Origin: a virus
Strand: one strand, 5' to 3'
Length of the DNA stretch: 64,000 nt
Virus record (IMG/VR): IMGVR_UViG_3300011116_001048
Span: 1-64,000 of that record
A program made the translations under genes and the position numbers. Positions 45,626-54,681 of the stretch are shown here, in pieces. Within the stretch, counting starts at the first letter, position 1, and each line of letters starts with the position of its first letter. The notes below the pieces were generated by a model. That model was not told the DNA's origin, made no database searches, and saw only the letters and a list, made by a program, of their open reading frames with translations.

Positions 45626-47244
45626 AAACAAAATTCACAGACTTAACCGAAGCTTTTGTTCAGATACAAAATCCCATGCTTACTTTTGGTGGAGTCCAAA
45701 AACAGTACTCTCCAATCAATACCCCACAACAACGTGGCCAAAAGATAGCCAGTGGTATTATGGGCGGTATTCGAGACACGTACCGCCAAATGCAAGGCCA
45801 AAATATAGCAAGTGGTATTATGGGCGGTATTCAAGACACGTATCGCCAGATGCAAGGCCAAAAGATAGCCAGCGGTATTATGAGTGGTATTCAAGACACT
45901 GCTAAAGAAATGGGAATCGGTGCAGCACAACCAGAATTTACACCAGTAGGTCAAGCAGGTCCTAAAGTAACTCCCGGTTTTACACCAACACCTTTTGGTC
46001 AAATTCCCGGAAAATTAACATCAGTACCGGGTAAACTACCAGAACAACCAATGGATCGTGCGGTACAAGATTTTAAAAATACTCCACCAGCAGGAAGTAA
46101 ACCCGGAGAAACAAATTTATTACAAAAACCATCAGAACTTCAAAAACATTTATTAAGCAGAATGAGCAAAGCTCAGTATGATGCTTATCGCGGAAAAGGA
46201 ATGACTGATGAAGACATAATGAAACAAACTTGGAAACTCCGAGAACAAGGTAAAGCTTGGACTAAACCGGCTGGGGTTTCTCAAGAAGATTGGGATAAAC
46301 TTGACGATAAAAGACAAGGAGAATATTGGGCAAACGAACGAAAAGTTCAAGACCGAATAAACGCACAAAATAAACCTGCTGGTTTAGGCGATATATCCGC
46401 TGGTGGAGAAGAGGCCCGCAGACAACAACGAGTCAGAACCGGAGAAACTAGTGGACGAGTAGTTCAACCCGGTGAAGTTGTTTCATCTGGTGCAGTTGGT
46501 ATGGGTGCTGCTCGTAGTGCTGGAGAAGGTATGCTTGGCGCAAACTGGGGCCAAAGTGTACAAACTAAATACACCGGTTATTATCAATACCCCCACCCCA
46601 AAGCTGGTATGCCCATAACTGCTGCAGATAAAAAATCACTACAAGATCGTGGTGTTGCGGTAACCGAGGGATTTAGATTTGGTAAAAATGTTTTAAAAAG
46701 TTTATTAAACGATGCGTTTGATCCCAAAAATCCATTAGGTTTGCCTAATGTTTTAGTGCCGGGATCGGTTGGTAAACCACAACCTCCAGCCGTAACTCCA
46801 AGCGGCCCGTACGTTCCAACCCCCGGTGGTGTTAAACCCAAAAACCCAAAAGTTAAATACCCCCCAATAACATCAAAAGCTCCTACTGGCAGAACAACAA
46901 AACAATCACAACTTTCACCAGAAGCAAAACAAGCACAGGACCAAGCTTTAGGTTTAATAGACAAAGTATCTGGTACAATATCCGGATTTTTAAAAGACCC
47001 TCTTGGCTCAATACGAACAGTAGCCGGTCTTGCTCTTGATCCGGGTCTTGGTCTTGTTTCCACTCCACCGGGAGAACTCGCATCTGCTACCACCGGAAGA
47101 CTGGCGGATCAAGGATTTAGTGCGTCTGGCAGCAAACGAAGACGAGATTATTATGAAAAAACATTAGGTATGCCAAGAGAAATGTCTACCATGTTGGGGA
47201 TGGCTACCTATGATCCCCGATTTGGTGCCTTGGAATCACGATAA
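45622..47244 (+). CDS. low-complexity G/P/Q-rich putative internal head protein
   Basis: 540 aa inserted between gp21 and gp22; N-term MKTKFTDLTEA with L-x-E cleavage motif; internal 20-aa repeats. Confidence 0.65.
   Translation: MKTKFTDLTEAFVQIQNPMLTFGGVQKQYSPINTPQQRGQKIASGIMGGIRDTYRQMQGQNIASGIMGGIQDTYRQMQGQKIASGIMSGIQDTAKEMGIGAAQPEFTPVGQAGPKVTPGFTPTPFGQIPGKLTSVPGKLPEQPMDRAVQDFKNTPPAGSKPGETNLLQKPSELQKHLLSRMSKAQYDAYRGKGMTDEDIMKQTWKLREQGKAWTKPAGVSQEDWDKLDDKRQGEYWANERKVQDRINAQNKPAGLGDISAGGEEARRQQRVRTGETSGRVVQPGEVVSSGAVGMGAARSAGEGMLGANWGQSVQTKYTGYYQYPHPKAGMPITAADKKSLQDRGVAVTEGFRFGKNVLKSLLNDAFDPKNPLGLPNVLVPGSVGKPQPPAVTPSGPYVPTPGGVKPKNPKVKYPPITSKAPTGRTTKQSQLSPEAKQAQDQALGLIDKVSGTISGFLKDPLGSIRTVAGLALDPGLGLVSTPPGELASATTGRLADQGFSASGSKRRRDYYEKTLGMPREMSTMLGMATYDPRFGALESR
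45736..45900 (+). repeat. 2.75 x 60-bp coding tandem repeat (GQKIASGIMGGIQDTYRQMQ)
   Basis: Units start at 45736, 45796 and 45856 with mostly synonymous or conservative differences. Confidence 0.92.
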
Positions 47245-47265
47245 AACAGTTAAAAATTACTAAAT

Positions 47266-47273
47266 TATAAATA
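47266..47273 (+). promoter_or_regulatory. T4-type late promoter
   Basis: TATAAATA upstream of gp22. Confidence 0.7.
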
Positions 47274-47294
47274 AAAAAGTACTAGGAAAAAAAT

Positions 47295-48296
47295 ATGAAA
47301 AAATCACAACAACAACGACCCGTAGTAATGGATGCCACCGGAAAAGGTGACATGGACGCAACAGGCAAAGGTTCATTCCTTGGCACACTAGACACTAGTG
47401 CCATGGAAGGCCAAGCTCAAATGAATCAAGCAAGCCTAAGACCGAACGGCAGTCAGTTTGCTGGCGATCCGTCTCGTCTAAAGCACGAGATGAAGGATCG
47501 TACCAAGGCTGCTGCCACTAATTTTGGTGTAGACGTTCCAGACACCGAAGGTGCTCACGAAGACCAAATTTCGGACACCGTTCAAGAGCACTTAACCGCT
47601 CTCTTTGGTGGCGAGAATCTTTCCGAGGAGTTTATGAACAAAGCTTCAGTAATTTTTGAAGCAGCAATCAACGAAAGAACCACCACAATTCGTGAACAAC
47701 TAGCACAAGAGAGTGCTGCTCTTCTAGAAGAACAAGTACAAAACACTGTAAACGAACTAGCTACTCGTCTAGACGAATATCTAAGTTACGTTGTAGAAGA
47801 GTGGCTCAAGGACAACAAGCTTGCAGTTGAAAGTGGTATTCGTACCGAAATCGCTGAGAGTTTTATCGGTGGTCTAAAGAATCTTTTTGAAACCCACTAC
47901 ATTGAAGTTCCAGAAAAGAAACACGACATTCTAGAAGACCTGTTCACCGAAAACAACAAGCTAGAAGAAGCACTAAACGAGCAAATTCAAGCCAACATTG
48001 ATCTCAACAAAGAAATTACTGCTGGTAAAGCTCGTTCAATCTTCCTAGAATCGGTTGCAGATCTGTCCAACGTAGACGCTGAACGTCTAGCTTCTTTAGC
48101 TGAAAGCATCGATTTTAGTAACGCAGAAGACTTCCAAAATAAGCTTCTTATTCTGAAAGAAAATTACCTTAAGGCTGCTCCTGTTGCTGCCAAAGAACCC
48201 GAAACACTTACAGAGCAAAGGAACACCACACAAGTTTCTGAAGGTCCAATGTCTGTATATGTAAACGCTCTGTCTCGTCAAACCAAAACTTACTAA
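47295..48296 (+). CDS. gp22: prohead core scaffold gp22
   Basis: LSEEF..KA..IFEAA, D.YL.YVVEEW...N..A...GI.TEI.ESFI.GLK.LF..HYI.VP. Confidence 0.95.
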   Translation: MKKSQQQRPVVMDATGKGDMDATGKGSFLGTLDTSAMEGQAQMNQASLRPNGSQFAGDPSRLKHEMKDRTKAAATNFGVDVPDTEGAHEDQISDTVQEHLTALFGGENLSEEFMNKASVIFEAAINERTTTIREQLAQESAALLEEQVQNTVNELATRLDEYLSYVVEEWLKDNKLAVESGIRTEIAESFIGGLKNLFETHYIEVPEKKHDILEDLFTENNKLEEALNEQIQANIDLNKEITAGKARSIFLESVADLSNVDAERLASLAESIDFSNAEDFQNKLLILKENYLKAAPVAAKEPETLTEQRNTTQVSEGPMSVYVNALSRQTKTY

Positions 48297-48298
48297 TC

Positions 48299-48306
48299 CA
48301 TAAATA
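48299..48306 (+). promoter_or_regulatory. T4-type late promoter
   Basis: CATAAATA upstream of gp23. Confidence 0.72.
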
Positions 48307-48334
48307 ACTAAAACTTTTCAAGGAGAAAATTAAA

Positions 48335-49756
48335 ATGTCAATGGATTTTGCAAACCAAACCCCCTACGATACACTCGTAGAAAAATGGAATCCTCTACTA
48401 AACCACGAGGCACTTCCAGAAATTCAAGATACTTACAAGAAAAAGTGCACTGCTATACTACTAGAAAACCAAGAGAAGGCTCTTCGTGAGCAATATCTTG
48501 TTGAAGCTCCAACCAACTCTATGGGCGGCAACCCAGCCACTGGTCAAGTAGGTGCTGCTTCCGGCGGTATCGCAGGTTACGACCCAATTCTTATCAGCCT
48601 AGTTCGTCGTAGCATGCCTAATCTCATGGCCTACGATCTAACCGGCGTTCAACCAATGAGCGCACCAACCGGCCTAATCTTTGCCATGCGTAGCCGTTAC
48701 GGTGGTCAAGGCACAAGAGGCAACGTAACTGGCGAAGCTCTGTTCCAAGAGCCATGGGCTAAGTTTGGTGGTTCAGCCGGTACTTCAGCCGGTGCACCAT
48801 TCTCAGCTACCGGCGGTATTAACCCAGTCGGTGTAAGCGGTGGTACTAGCGGTGGTTTTGCTCAAGGTCCTAACTTTGGTATCCGCGATAGCGCATTTGA
48901 CATCAACGGATTCCGTGGTTTGCTTACCAGCACTAGTGAAAATCTTTCAAACACTTCACCAGCGTTCCAAGAAATGGCGTTCAGCATTGAGCGTCTAGCT
49001 GTAGAAGCCAAGACTCGTGCCCTAAAGGCTGAGTACAGCACTGAGCTAGCTCAAGACCTCAAGGCTGTTCACGGCCTAGACGCTGAGAGCGAGCTTGCTA
49101 ACATCCTTAGCACCGAAATTCTCAGTGAAATTAACCGCGAGCTAATTTATACTCTATACCGCACAGCTAAAGCCGGTTGCCAACAAAGCGATCTAGACAA
49201 CAGAGGCGTGTACGATCTTAACACCGACTCTGACGGTCGTTGGAGTGCCGAGCGTTTCCGTGGCCTCATGTTCCAAATTGAGCGTGAAGCTAACGTAATT
49301 GCCAAGGAAACTCGTCGTGGTAAGGGTAACTTTGTTGTTTGCAGCAGCGACGTTGCTTCAGCTCTCGCCATGGGTGGCTTCCTAAACCTCACTCCTGCCT
49401 TACAACCTCAACTAGAGGTTGACGACACCGGCAACACTTTTGCTGGTATCCTCAACGGCAAGTTCAAGGTTTACATTGATCCGTACGCTGCTCTAGGTTC
49501 AAACTTCTGCCTAGTCGGCTATCGTGGTGCAAGCCCATACGATGCCGGTATGTTCTACTGCCCATACGTTCCTCTACAAATGGTAAGAGCAGTTGATACC
49601 AATACTTTCCAACCAAAGATTGGTTTCAAGACTCGTTACGGCATGGTAGCCAACCCCTTCGCTGAGAACACTGACATCAATGCTCTCGGTGGAAACCAAT
49701 ACTACCGTCTTTTTGCCGTTACCAACCTCCACGGTAACACCGGTTTCGGTCTCTGA
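48335..49756 (+). CDS. gp23: major capsid protein gp23
   Basis: EKW.PLL, LLENQE, DP.LISLVRR.MPNL.AYD..GVQPM..PTGLIFAMR, EM.FSIE, ELAQDLKAVHGLDAE.EL, YCPYVPL, FQPKIGFKTRYG. Confidence 0.98.
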   Translation: MSMDFANQTPYDTLVEKWNPLLNHEALPEIQDTYKKKCTAILLENQEKALREQYLVEAPTNSMGGNPATGQVGAASGGIAGYDPILISLVRRSMPNLMAYDLTGVQPMSAPTGLIFAMRSRYGGQGTRGNVTGEALFQEPWAKFGGSAGTSAGAPFSATGGINPVGVSGGTSGGFAQGPNFGIRDSAFDINGFRGLLTSTSENLSNTSPAFQEMAFSIERLAVEAKTRALKAEYSTELAQDLKAVHGLDAESELANILSTEILSEINRELIYTLYRTAKAGCQQSDLDNRGVYDLNTDSDGRWSAERFRGLMFQIEREANVIAKETRRGKGNFVVCSSDVASALAMGGFLNLTPALQPQLEVDDTGNTFAGILNGKFKVYIDPYAALGSNFCLVGYRGASPYDAGMFYCPYVPLQMVRAVDTNTFQPKIGFKTRYGMVANPFAENTDINALGGNQYYRLFAVTNLHGNTGFGL

Positions 49757-49790
49757 TCTAAACCGTAACTAATCACTAAACCCTAACGTT

Positions 49791-49822
49791 AAGGGCTCCC
49801 CCCAAAAAGGGGAGCCCTTTTC
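49791..49822 (+). terminator. rho-independent terminator after gp23
   Basis: AAGGGCTCCCC-loop-GGGGAGCCCTT then TT. Confidence 0.85.
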
Positions 49823-49827
49823 GTTTG

Positions 49828-49835
49828 CATAAATA
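49828..49835 (+). promoter_or_regulatory. T4-type late promoter
   Basis: CATAAATA; gp3 ATG at +6 with no SD. Confidence 0.68.
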
Positions 49836-49840
49836 TTATT

Positions 49841-50335
49841 ATGACAGCACCATGCAATCGTTCTACCAATCCATTATTAGTAAATTATTTTCAATTTATA
49901 TTGGATCGTGTTCCTAACATGGTTTTCTTTTGTCAGAGTGTAAATTTACCGGGAATTGGATACGGTGTAGAAGAACAGCCAACAACCTTAGGCCATCCTG
50001 TAAAAATTCCAACCGGAGCTTTTCGGTTTGAAGATCTGGAAGTTACGTTTCGTGTAGACGAAAATCTTACCAACTGGAGAGAGCTACACGAATGGATACG
50101 AACAACCGGTAACTATACTGACGATATAGCAACATTACCGTACAATAAAAAAACCTCAGACGCCACATTAATAATCACAAACAGTGCGTTTAATCCAAAA
50201 TATAAAATTCATTTTAAAAATGTGTTTCCGCAGTACATAAGTGGAATTAATTTTACTGTAAACGCTGCTTCATCCACAGAAGTGATTGCTAGTGCTAAGT
50301 TTGCACACACAGGATATACTGTAGAATTAGCTTGA
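49841..50335 (+). CDS. gp3: tail tube terminator gp3
   Basis: N.L..NYF.F...RVP...FFCQ.VNLPG, FEDL.V.F.VDE.L.NW.E...W, SDATL.I. Confidence 0.93.
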   Translation: MTAPCNRSTNPLLVNYFQFILDRVPNMVFFCQSVNLPGIGYGVEEQPTTLGHPVKIPTGAFRFEDLEVTFRVDENLTNWRELHEWIRTTGNYTDDIATLPYNKKTSDATLIITNSAFNPKYKIHFKNVFPQYISGINFTVNAASSTEVIASAKFAHTGYTVELA

Positions 50336-50359
50336 ATTTTTTATAATTTATTGTATAAT
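50332..50359 (+). promoter_or_regulatory. sigma70-type promoter, 16-nt spacer
   Basis: TTGAAT(50332-37)-N16-TATAAT(50354-59); ATG 50366 at +7. Confidence 0.7.
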
Positions 50360-50365
50360 ATGAGT

Positions 50366-50800
50366 ATGAACCTAGATGAATTAAAAAACATGATCAAAAA
50401 AGATCTGGAAATCGACCAAACTGCTTTAGACGCAGAATCGTCCAGAACTCCGCAAATACACAACAAATATCTGATTATGTACATGGATGAGAAGTTAAAA
50501 CTTAAGCGGATGGAAAACGAGTTAGCCGTTCTTCGTCGTAATAAATGGTTATACTATACTGGCCGCATGAGCAAAGAAGAGCTAGACCAGCACGGTTGGG
50601 AGCCGTTTGAACTAAACATCCTCAAGAACGAAGCAGACCAAATGATTGAATCAGATTCAGATTACATTAAAGCATCAGAAAAAGTAAACTTTCAACAAGA
50701 AAAAGTTAACTATCTGGAAGATGTAGTAAAAATTGTTAATAATCGCCAATGGCAGATTCGTTCAATTATAGATTGGCTTAAATTTACCCAAGGGGTTTAA
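50366..50800 (+). CDS. uvsY: recombination mediator UvsY
   Basis: DL.ID...LD.ES..TPQ.HNKY, KW.YYTG, R.W.I...I.W.KF..G. Confidence 0.92.
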   Translation: MNLDELKNMIKKDLEIDQTALDAESSRTPQIHNKYLIMYMDEKLKLKRMENELAVLRRNKWLYYTGRMSKEELDQHGWEPFELNILKNEADQMIESDSDYIKASEKVNFQQEKVNYLEDVVKIVNNRQWQIRSIIDWLKFTQGV

Positions 50801-52329
50801 TGGCTGATATAACGATCACACAACCGGATTCGGTTAATTTAAAGATTGATTGTGATCGCTCTTTAGCCAAAGAGTTGAACGGCTACTTCACGTTTACTGT
50901 TCCTAATTTTCAATACACCCCTGCGTTTAAAAAACGTCTCTGGGACGGTAAGATTCGTCTGTTTAATCTGTATACCCAGACTGTATACGCTGGCCTTATA
51001 GACCATGTGGTTAAATTTGCCAAAGATCGGGGGTACACTTGGGAGCATATTCCTGCTCCATACGATATCCCTAAACCAGAAAAAGTCAAGGAGTTTATAC
51101 ACGGGTTACCGCTGTCTGCAGGAGGCAAGCCCATTCAACCCTACGACTACCAGATAGAAGCCGTACAACACGCCCTAGAGCGTTCTAGGGCCCTTCTAGT
51201 GTCTCCTACAGGCTCTGGTAAGTCTATGATGATCTACCTCCTGTGTCGTTGGATGCTAGACCAAAACCCAACCGGAAAACTCCTGATAATTGTTCCTACA
51301 ACCAGCCTTGTGGCGCAGATGTTGGCAGACTTTCGAGACTATTCCAAACAAGATACGTGGAAAGCGGATAGAAACATCCATACCGTCATGTCCGGTAAAG
51401 ACAAAACCTCTACCAAACGAATAATTATTTCCACATGGCAAAGCATTTACAACCAGCCATTTGAGTACTTTGACGATTTTATTGGAGTGTTTGGCGATGA
51501 GTGCCACCTGTTTAAAGCCAAATCACTTACTTCAATCATGAGTAAGGCCAAGAAAACCAAGTACAGAATAGGCACAACCGGTACATTAGACGGTACTCAA
51601 ACACACAAATTGGTTATTGAGGGGCTGTTTGGTCCAACGTATCACACCACCACAACCAAAAAACTTATAGACCAGGATTTGTTGTCGCAGATTAGTATTG
51701 ATTGTTTACAACTTCAGTACAGCCCCGAAGACGTTCAAACAACTAAAAAAATGACGTATGTGGACGAAATTCGTTGGGTTGTGAGTAATCCACAACGAAA
51801 TCAATTTATTAAAACCCTGTGTAAAAAATTACCCGGTAATACATTAGTGCTGTTTAACTTTGTGGAACTGCAAGGCAAACCGCTTCACGAACTATTACAA
51901 TCAGAATTGGATAAACCTGTTTATTTTATCCATGGTGAAACAGAAGTAGAATCCCGTGAACAAATCCGTAAAGCAGTCGATAAAGGATCCGATTCAGTTC
52001 TTCTTGCTTCGTACGGTACATGCAGCACAGGTATAAATATTAAGAACATTCACAACGTTATTTTTGCTTCACCATCCAAATCAGTCGTTCGTGTATTACA
52101 ATCAATCGGTCGTGGATTACGTAAGAGTGACACTAAACAGCACATGAAGCTGTTTGATATAGCTGACGATCTTCGTTATAAGAGCTACATCAACCACGGC
52201 ATGAACCATTTAGATGCTCGTTTAAAAATATATAATAATGAGAGATTTCCTTACAAAATTTTCTCTATTCAGTTACCAAAGGAGTCCAATGAGAAAACCG
52301 TACAAGATACTCAAAATGAAATCGGGTGA
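50800..52329 (+). CDS. uvsW: DNA helicase UvsW
   Basis: F.F.VP.....P.F....WDGKIRL, SPTGSGKS, DECH, GTTGTL, ASYGT.STGINI, LQSIGRGLR. Confidence 0.96.
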   Translation: MADITITQPDSVNLKIDCDRSLAKELNGYFTFTVPNFQYTPAFKKRLWDGKIRLFNLYTQTVYAGLIDHVVKFAKDRGYTWEHIPAPYDIPKPEKVKEFIHGLPLSAGGKPIQPYDYQIEAVQHALERSRALLVSPTGSGKSMMIYLLCRWMLDQNPTGKLLIIVPTTSLVAQMLADFRDYSKQDTWKADRNIHTVMSGKDKTSTKRIIISTWQSIYNQPFEYFDDFIGVFGDECHLFKAKSLTSIMSKAKKTKYRIGTTGTLDGTQTHKLVIEGLFGPTYHTTTTKKLIDQDLLSQISIDCLQLQYSPEDVQTTKKMTYVDEIRWVVSNPQRNQFIKTLCKKLPGNTLVLFNFVELQGKPLHELLQSELDKPVYFIHGETEVESREQIRKAVDKGSDSVLLASYGTCSTGINIKNIHNVIFASPSKSVVRVLQSIGRGLRKSDTKQHMKLFDIADDLRYKSYINHGMNHLDARLKIYNNERFPYKIFSIQLPKESNEKTVQDTQNEIG

Positions 52330-53002
52330 AGAACTTATAGCTGGTGTTACCAGAACCAGAGACGGTAAATATAAGCTACATCGACCCATGGTTTTTAGAT
52401 CAATGGTTTCTCAAGACTTGTTTGGTAGCATGAAAGAAATTTTTATGTTAAAAAATTGGTTGATATTATCAACCGATAAACAAACTGTTATTCCGCAAGA
52501 TGCTGTGAACGCATTATTAGAACCATCCAAAGATGTAACATTTTTATACGAATCAGAAAAGCGTAAGGAAGATAAATCTGTATTAAAAGCTAAACCGTTT
52601 AAGCCACATTTACCTCCCTTAGGTTTGCCAGAATTGCCCCCAAATGCAACGGAAATGGATGAACAATCGTTGGACAAGATTCAGCAAAATCTCGAAAAGA
52701 TGATGGAAGATCTGTTTAATTTACCCGAAGAAGATTCTAACTTAAAAGATCTTGCAAAACCCAAAAAAGATGATAAAATGGTGTTTATGAACATGGTCTT
52801 TTCACCCGAAGTACTTGTTGAACTTCTTCGTTCAGGCATTCTTGATCGAAAAGAATTAGGTGAAATGATCAATGAAATTACCAATGGAAATGGCGAAGGT
52901 ATGAACCCCACCAAGTACACTGGTAATAAGAAGGACAAGAAGGATTTGGGTAATGAGTGGACGGATTGGAGTGCTGATCCGTCTTCAGAAGACTACAGAT
53001 AA
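52289..53002 (+). CDS. Sm-like fold protein with C-terminal extension
   Basis: KILKMKSGEELIA...L..P...W; SD AGGAG before ATG 52289; conserved slot between uvsW and gp55. Confidence 0.7.
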   Translation: MRKPYKILKMKSGEELIAGVTRTRDGKYKLHRPMVFRSMVSQDLFGSMKEIFMLKNWLILSTDKQTVIPQDAVNALLEPSKDVTFLYESEKRKEDKSVLKAKPFKPHLPPLGLPELPPNATEMDEQSLDKIQQNLEKMMEDLFNLPEEDSNLKDLAKPKKDDKMVFMNMVFSPEVLVELLRSGILDRKELGEMINEITNGNGEGMNPTKYTGNKKDKKDLGNEWTDWSADPSSEDYR

Positions 53003-53053
53003 TCTAATATTCCTTTTTACTCAGACAATATATTATATCAGGATTTTTATAGC

Positions 53054-53647
53054 ATGTCAAGTGGAAAATTAAAAAAAGTTAAAAAGAAGATAAAACCAGA
53101 AAAACAAATAGAAAAATTAGTAGAAAAAGAATTAAACAACGATCATTACGTAGACAACAAGCAATTCTTAGCGGAAATGATCAAGTGGAAAAGAGAAATA
53201 CGAGAAGCTGAAGATAGTGGCGATGAAAAACCACCAGTTTCTGAATATATTGGAAGTTGCTTTTTAAAGATTGCAGAACGATTATGTTCTAAATCTAATT
53301 TTATGAACTATCCGTACAAAGATGAAATGATCGGTGATGGAATTGAAAATTGTTTGATGTACGCTCACAATTTTAATCCACGTAAATCAAAAAATCCATT
53401 TTCATATTTTACTCAAATAATATATTATGCATTTTTACGCCGAATAGAAAGAGAAAAGAAACAAGCATACATAAAATTTAAGTTGACAGAGAACATGGAT
53501 GATGGTACACTACATAAGTGGTTTAAAGAAAATTATTTTGATAAATCAACCGAACGTGAAGCTCTAAGTGAGCATTTTAGTATTTCTGAACGTGATATAG
53601 AAAAGTACGAACCAAAAAAACGTAAAAAGCGTAAATCTACAAAATGA
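53054..53647 (+). CDS. gp55: late sigma factor gp55
   Basis: HYVDNK.FL, YIG.CF.KIAE.L....NF.NY.Y..EMI.DG.ENCL.Y..NF.P.KS.NPF.YFTQI.YYAFLRRI. Confidence 0.96.
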   Translation: MSSGKLKKVKKKIKPEKQIEKLVEKELNNDHYVDNKQFLAEMIKWKREIREAEDSGDEKPPVSEYIGSCFLKIAERLCSKSNFMNYPYKDEMIGDGIENCLMYAHNFNPRKSKNPFSYFTQIIYYAFLRRIEREKKQAYIKFKLTENMDDGTLHKWFKENYFDKSTEREALSEHFSISERDIEKYEPKKRKKRKSTK

Positions 53648-54681
53648 AAATTGCAGTTATTAGTGATACGCATTTTGGAGCACGTGGCGATTCTCCTCTG
53701 TTCCTTAATCATTTTTTAAAGTTTTTTGAAGACCAGTTTTTTCCGTATCTTAAAAAACACGGAATTACTAAAGTTCTTCACTTAGGTGATCTGTTTGACC
53801 GTCGAAAGTTTGTGAACTTTAATACCCTTCATCACACCAAGAAGCGATTTATTGATTGGTTTGACCAGAATGGTGTAGAGTTACACTGCATCTTGGGTAA
53901 CCACGATGTGTTTTACAAGAACACAAACCGGCTAAACTCACCCAAAGAAGTGCTGGCAGAATGTCATCCTTCGTTCCATCTGTATGAAGATGCACAAGAA
54001 GTGTGCTTCAACGGTGCTACTATTCTTATGGTTCCGTGGATCAACGAAGAAAATCAAGACCGGTTCATGCAAAAAATCAAGAACACCAAGGCAACTATAC
54101 TAGCAGGCCACTTGGAATTAAGTGGTTACGAAGTTATGCCCGGTGTAAAGTTCGGTGAAGGCATGGACGATAAGTTCCTAGAAAAGTTTGATCTGGTGCT
54201 GTCTGGTCACTTTCACAAGAAAAGTTCCAAGGGAAATGTACACTATCTGGGCACACAATACCAGATGACCAGTATTGATACCAATGAGATTAAGGGATTC
54301 CATGTGCTGGACACAGAGACCCGAGATCTTCAATTTATTCCCAATCCCATGAAAATGTTCCATAATGTGGAATGGCGAAACGGAACTCTGATTCAAGACT
54401 TTGATCCGGCCCGTTACAAGGGAACGTATGTAAAAGTGCTGGTGTACGAGAAGAAGAGTGAAACTAAGTTTGATCAGTTTATTGACAACCTGTACGCTGC
54501 TGAACCAGCAAACGTTAGTATTATTGAAGATCTGACTGATCGTACCAAGGAAGAGGGCGAACTGGATATCTCCGAAGACACTCTAAGTCTTATCAACAAA
54601 GAGATTGATGGGATGGAAGCAGAAAACAAAGAAGAGTTAAAGAATATTGTGCGTGAGCTTTATATGGAGAGTTTAGAGTGA
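53644..54681 (+). CDS. gp47: recombination nuclease gp47 (Mre11/SbcD-like)
   Basis: ISDTHFG, HLGDLFDRRK, GNHD, GHLE, SGHFH. Confidence 0.96.
   Translation: MKIAVISDTHFGARGDSPLFLNHFLKFFEDQFFPYLKKHGITKVLHLGDLFDRRKFVNFNTLHHTKKRFIDWFDQNGVELHCILGNHDVFYKNTNRLNSPKEVLAECHPSFHLYEDAQEVCFNGATILMVPWINEENQDRFMQKIKNTKATILAGHLELSGYEVMPGVKFGEGMDDKFLEKFDLVLSGHFHKKSSKGNVHYLGTQYQMTSIDTNEIKGFHVLDTETRDLQFIPNPMKMFHNVEWRNGTLIQDFDPARYKGTYVKVLVYEKKSETKFDQFIDNLYAAEPANVSIIEDLTDRTKEEGELDISEDTLSLINKEIDGMEAENKEELKNIVRELYMESLE

Noticed and set aside
45736-45900. CRISPR-like array
   Set aside because: Contiguous 60-bp in-frame repeats with no spacers; a coding repeat.
11217-49822. Shared AAGGGCTC/GAGCCCTT stem in the terminators at 11217 and 49791 as a dispersed mobile repeat
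   Set aside because: Only 8 bp of stem is shared, and loops and inner stems differ; consistent with ordinary terminator convergence.
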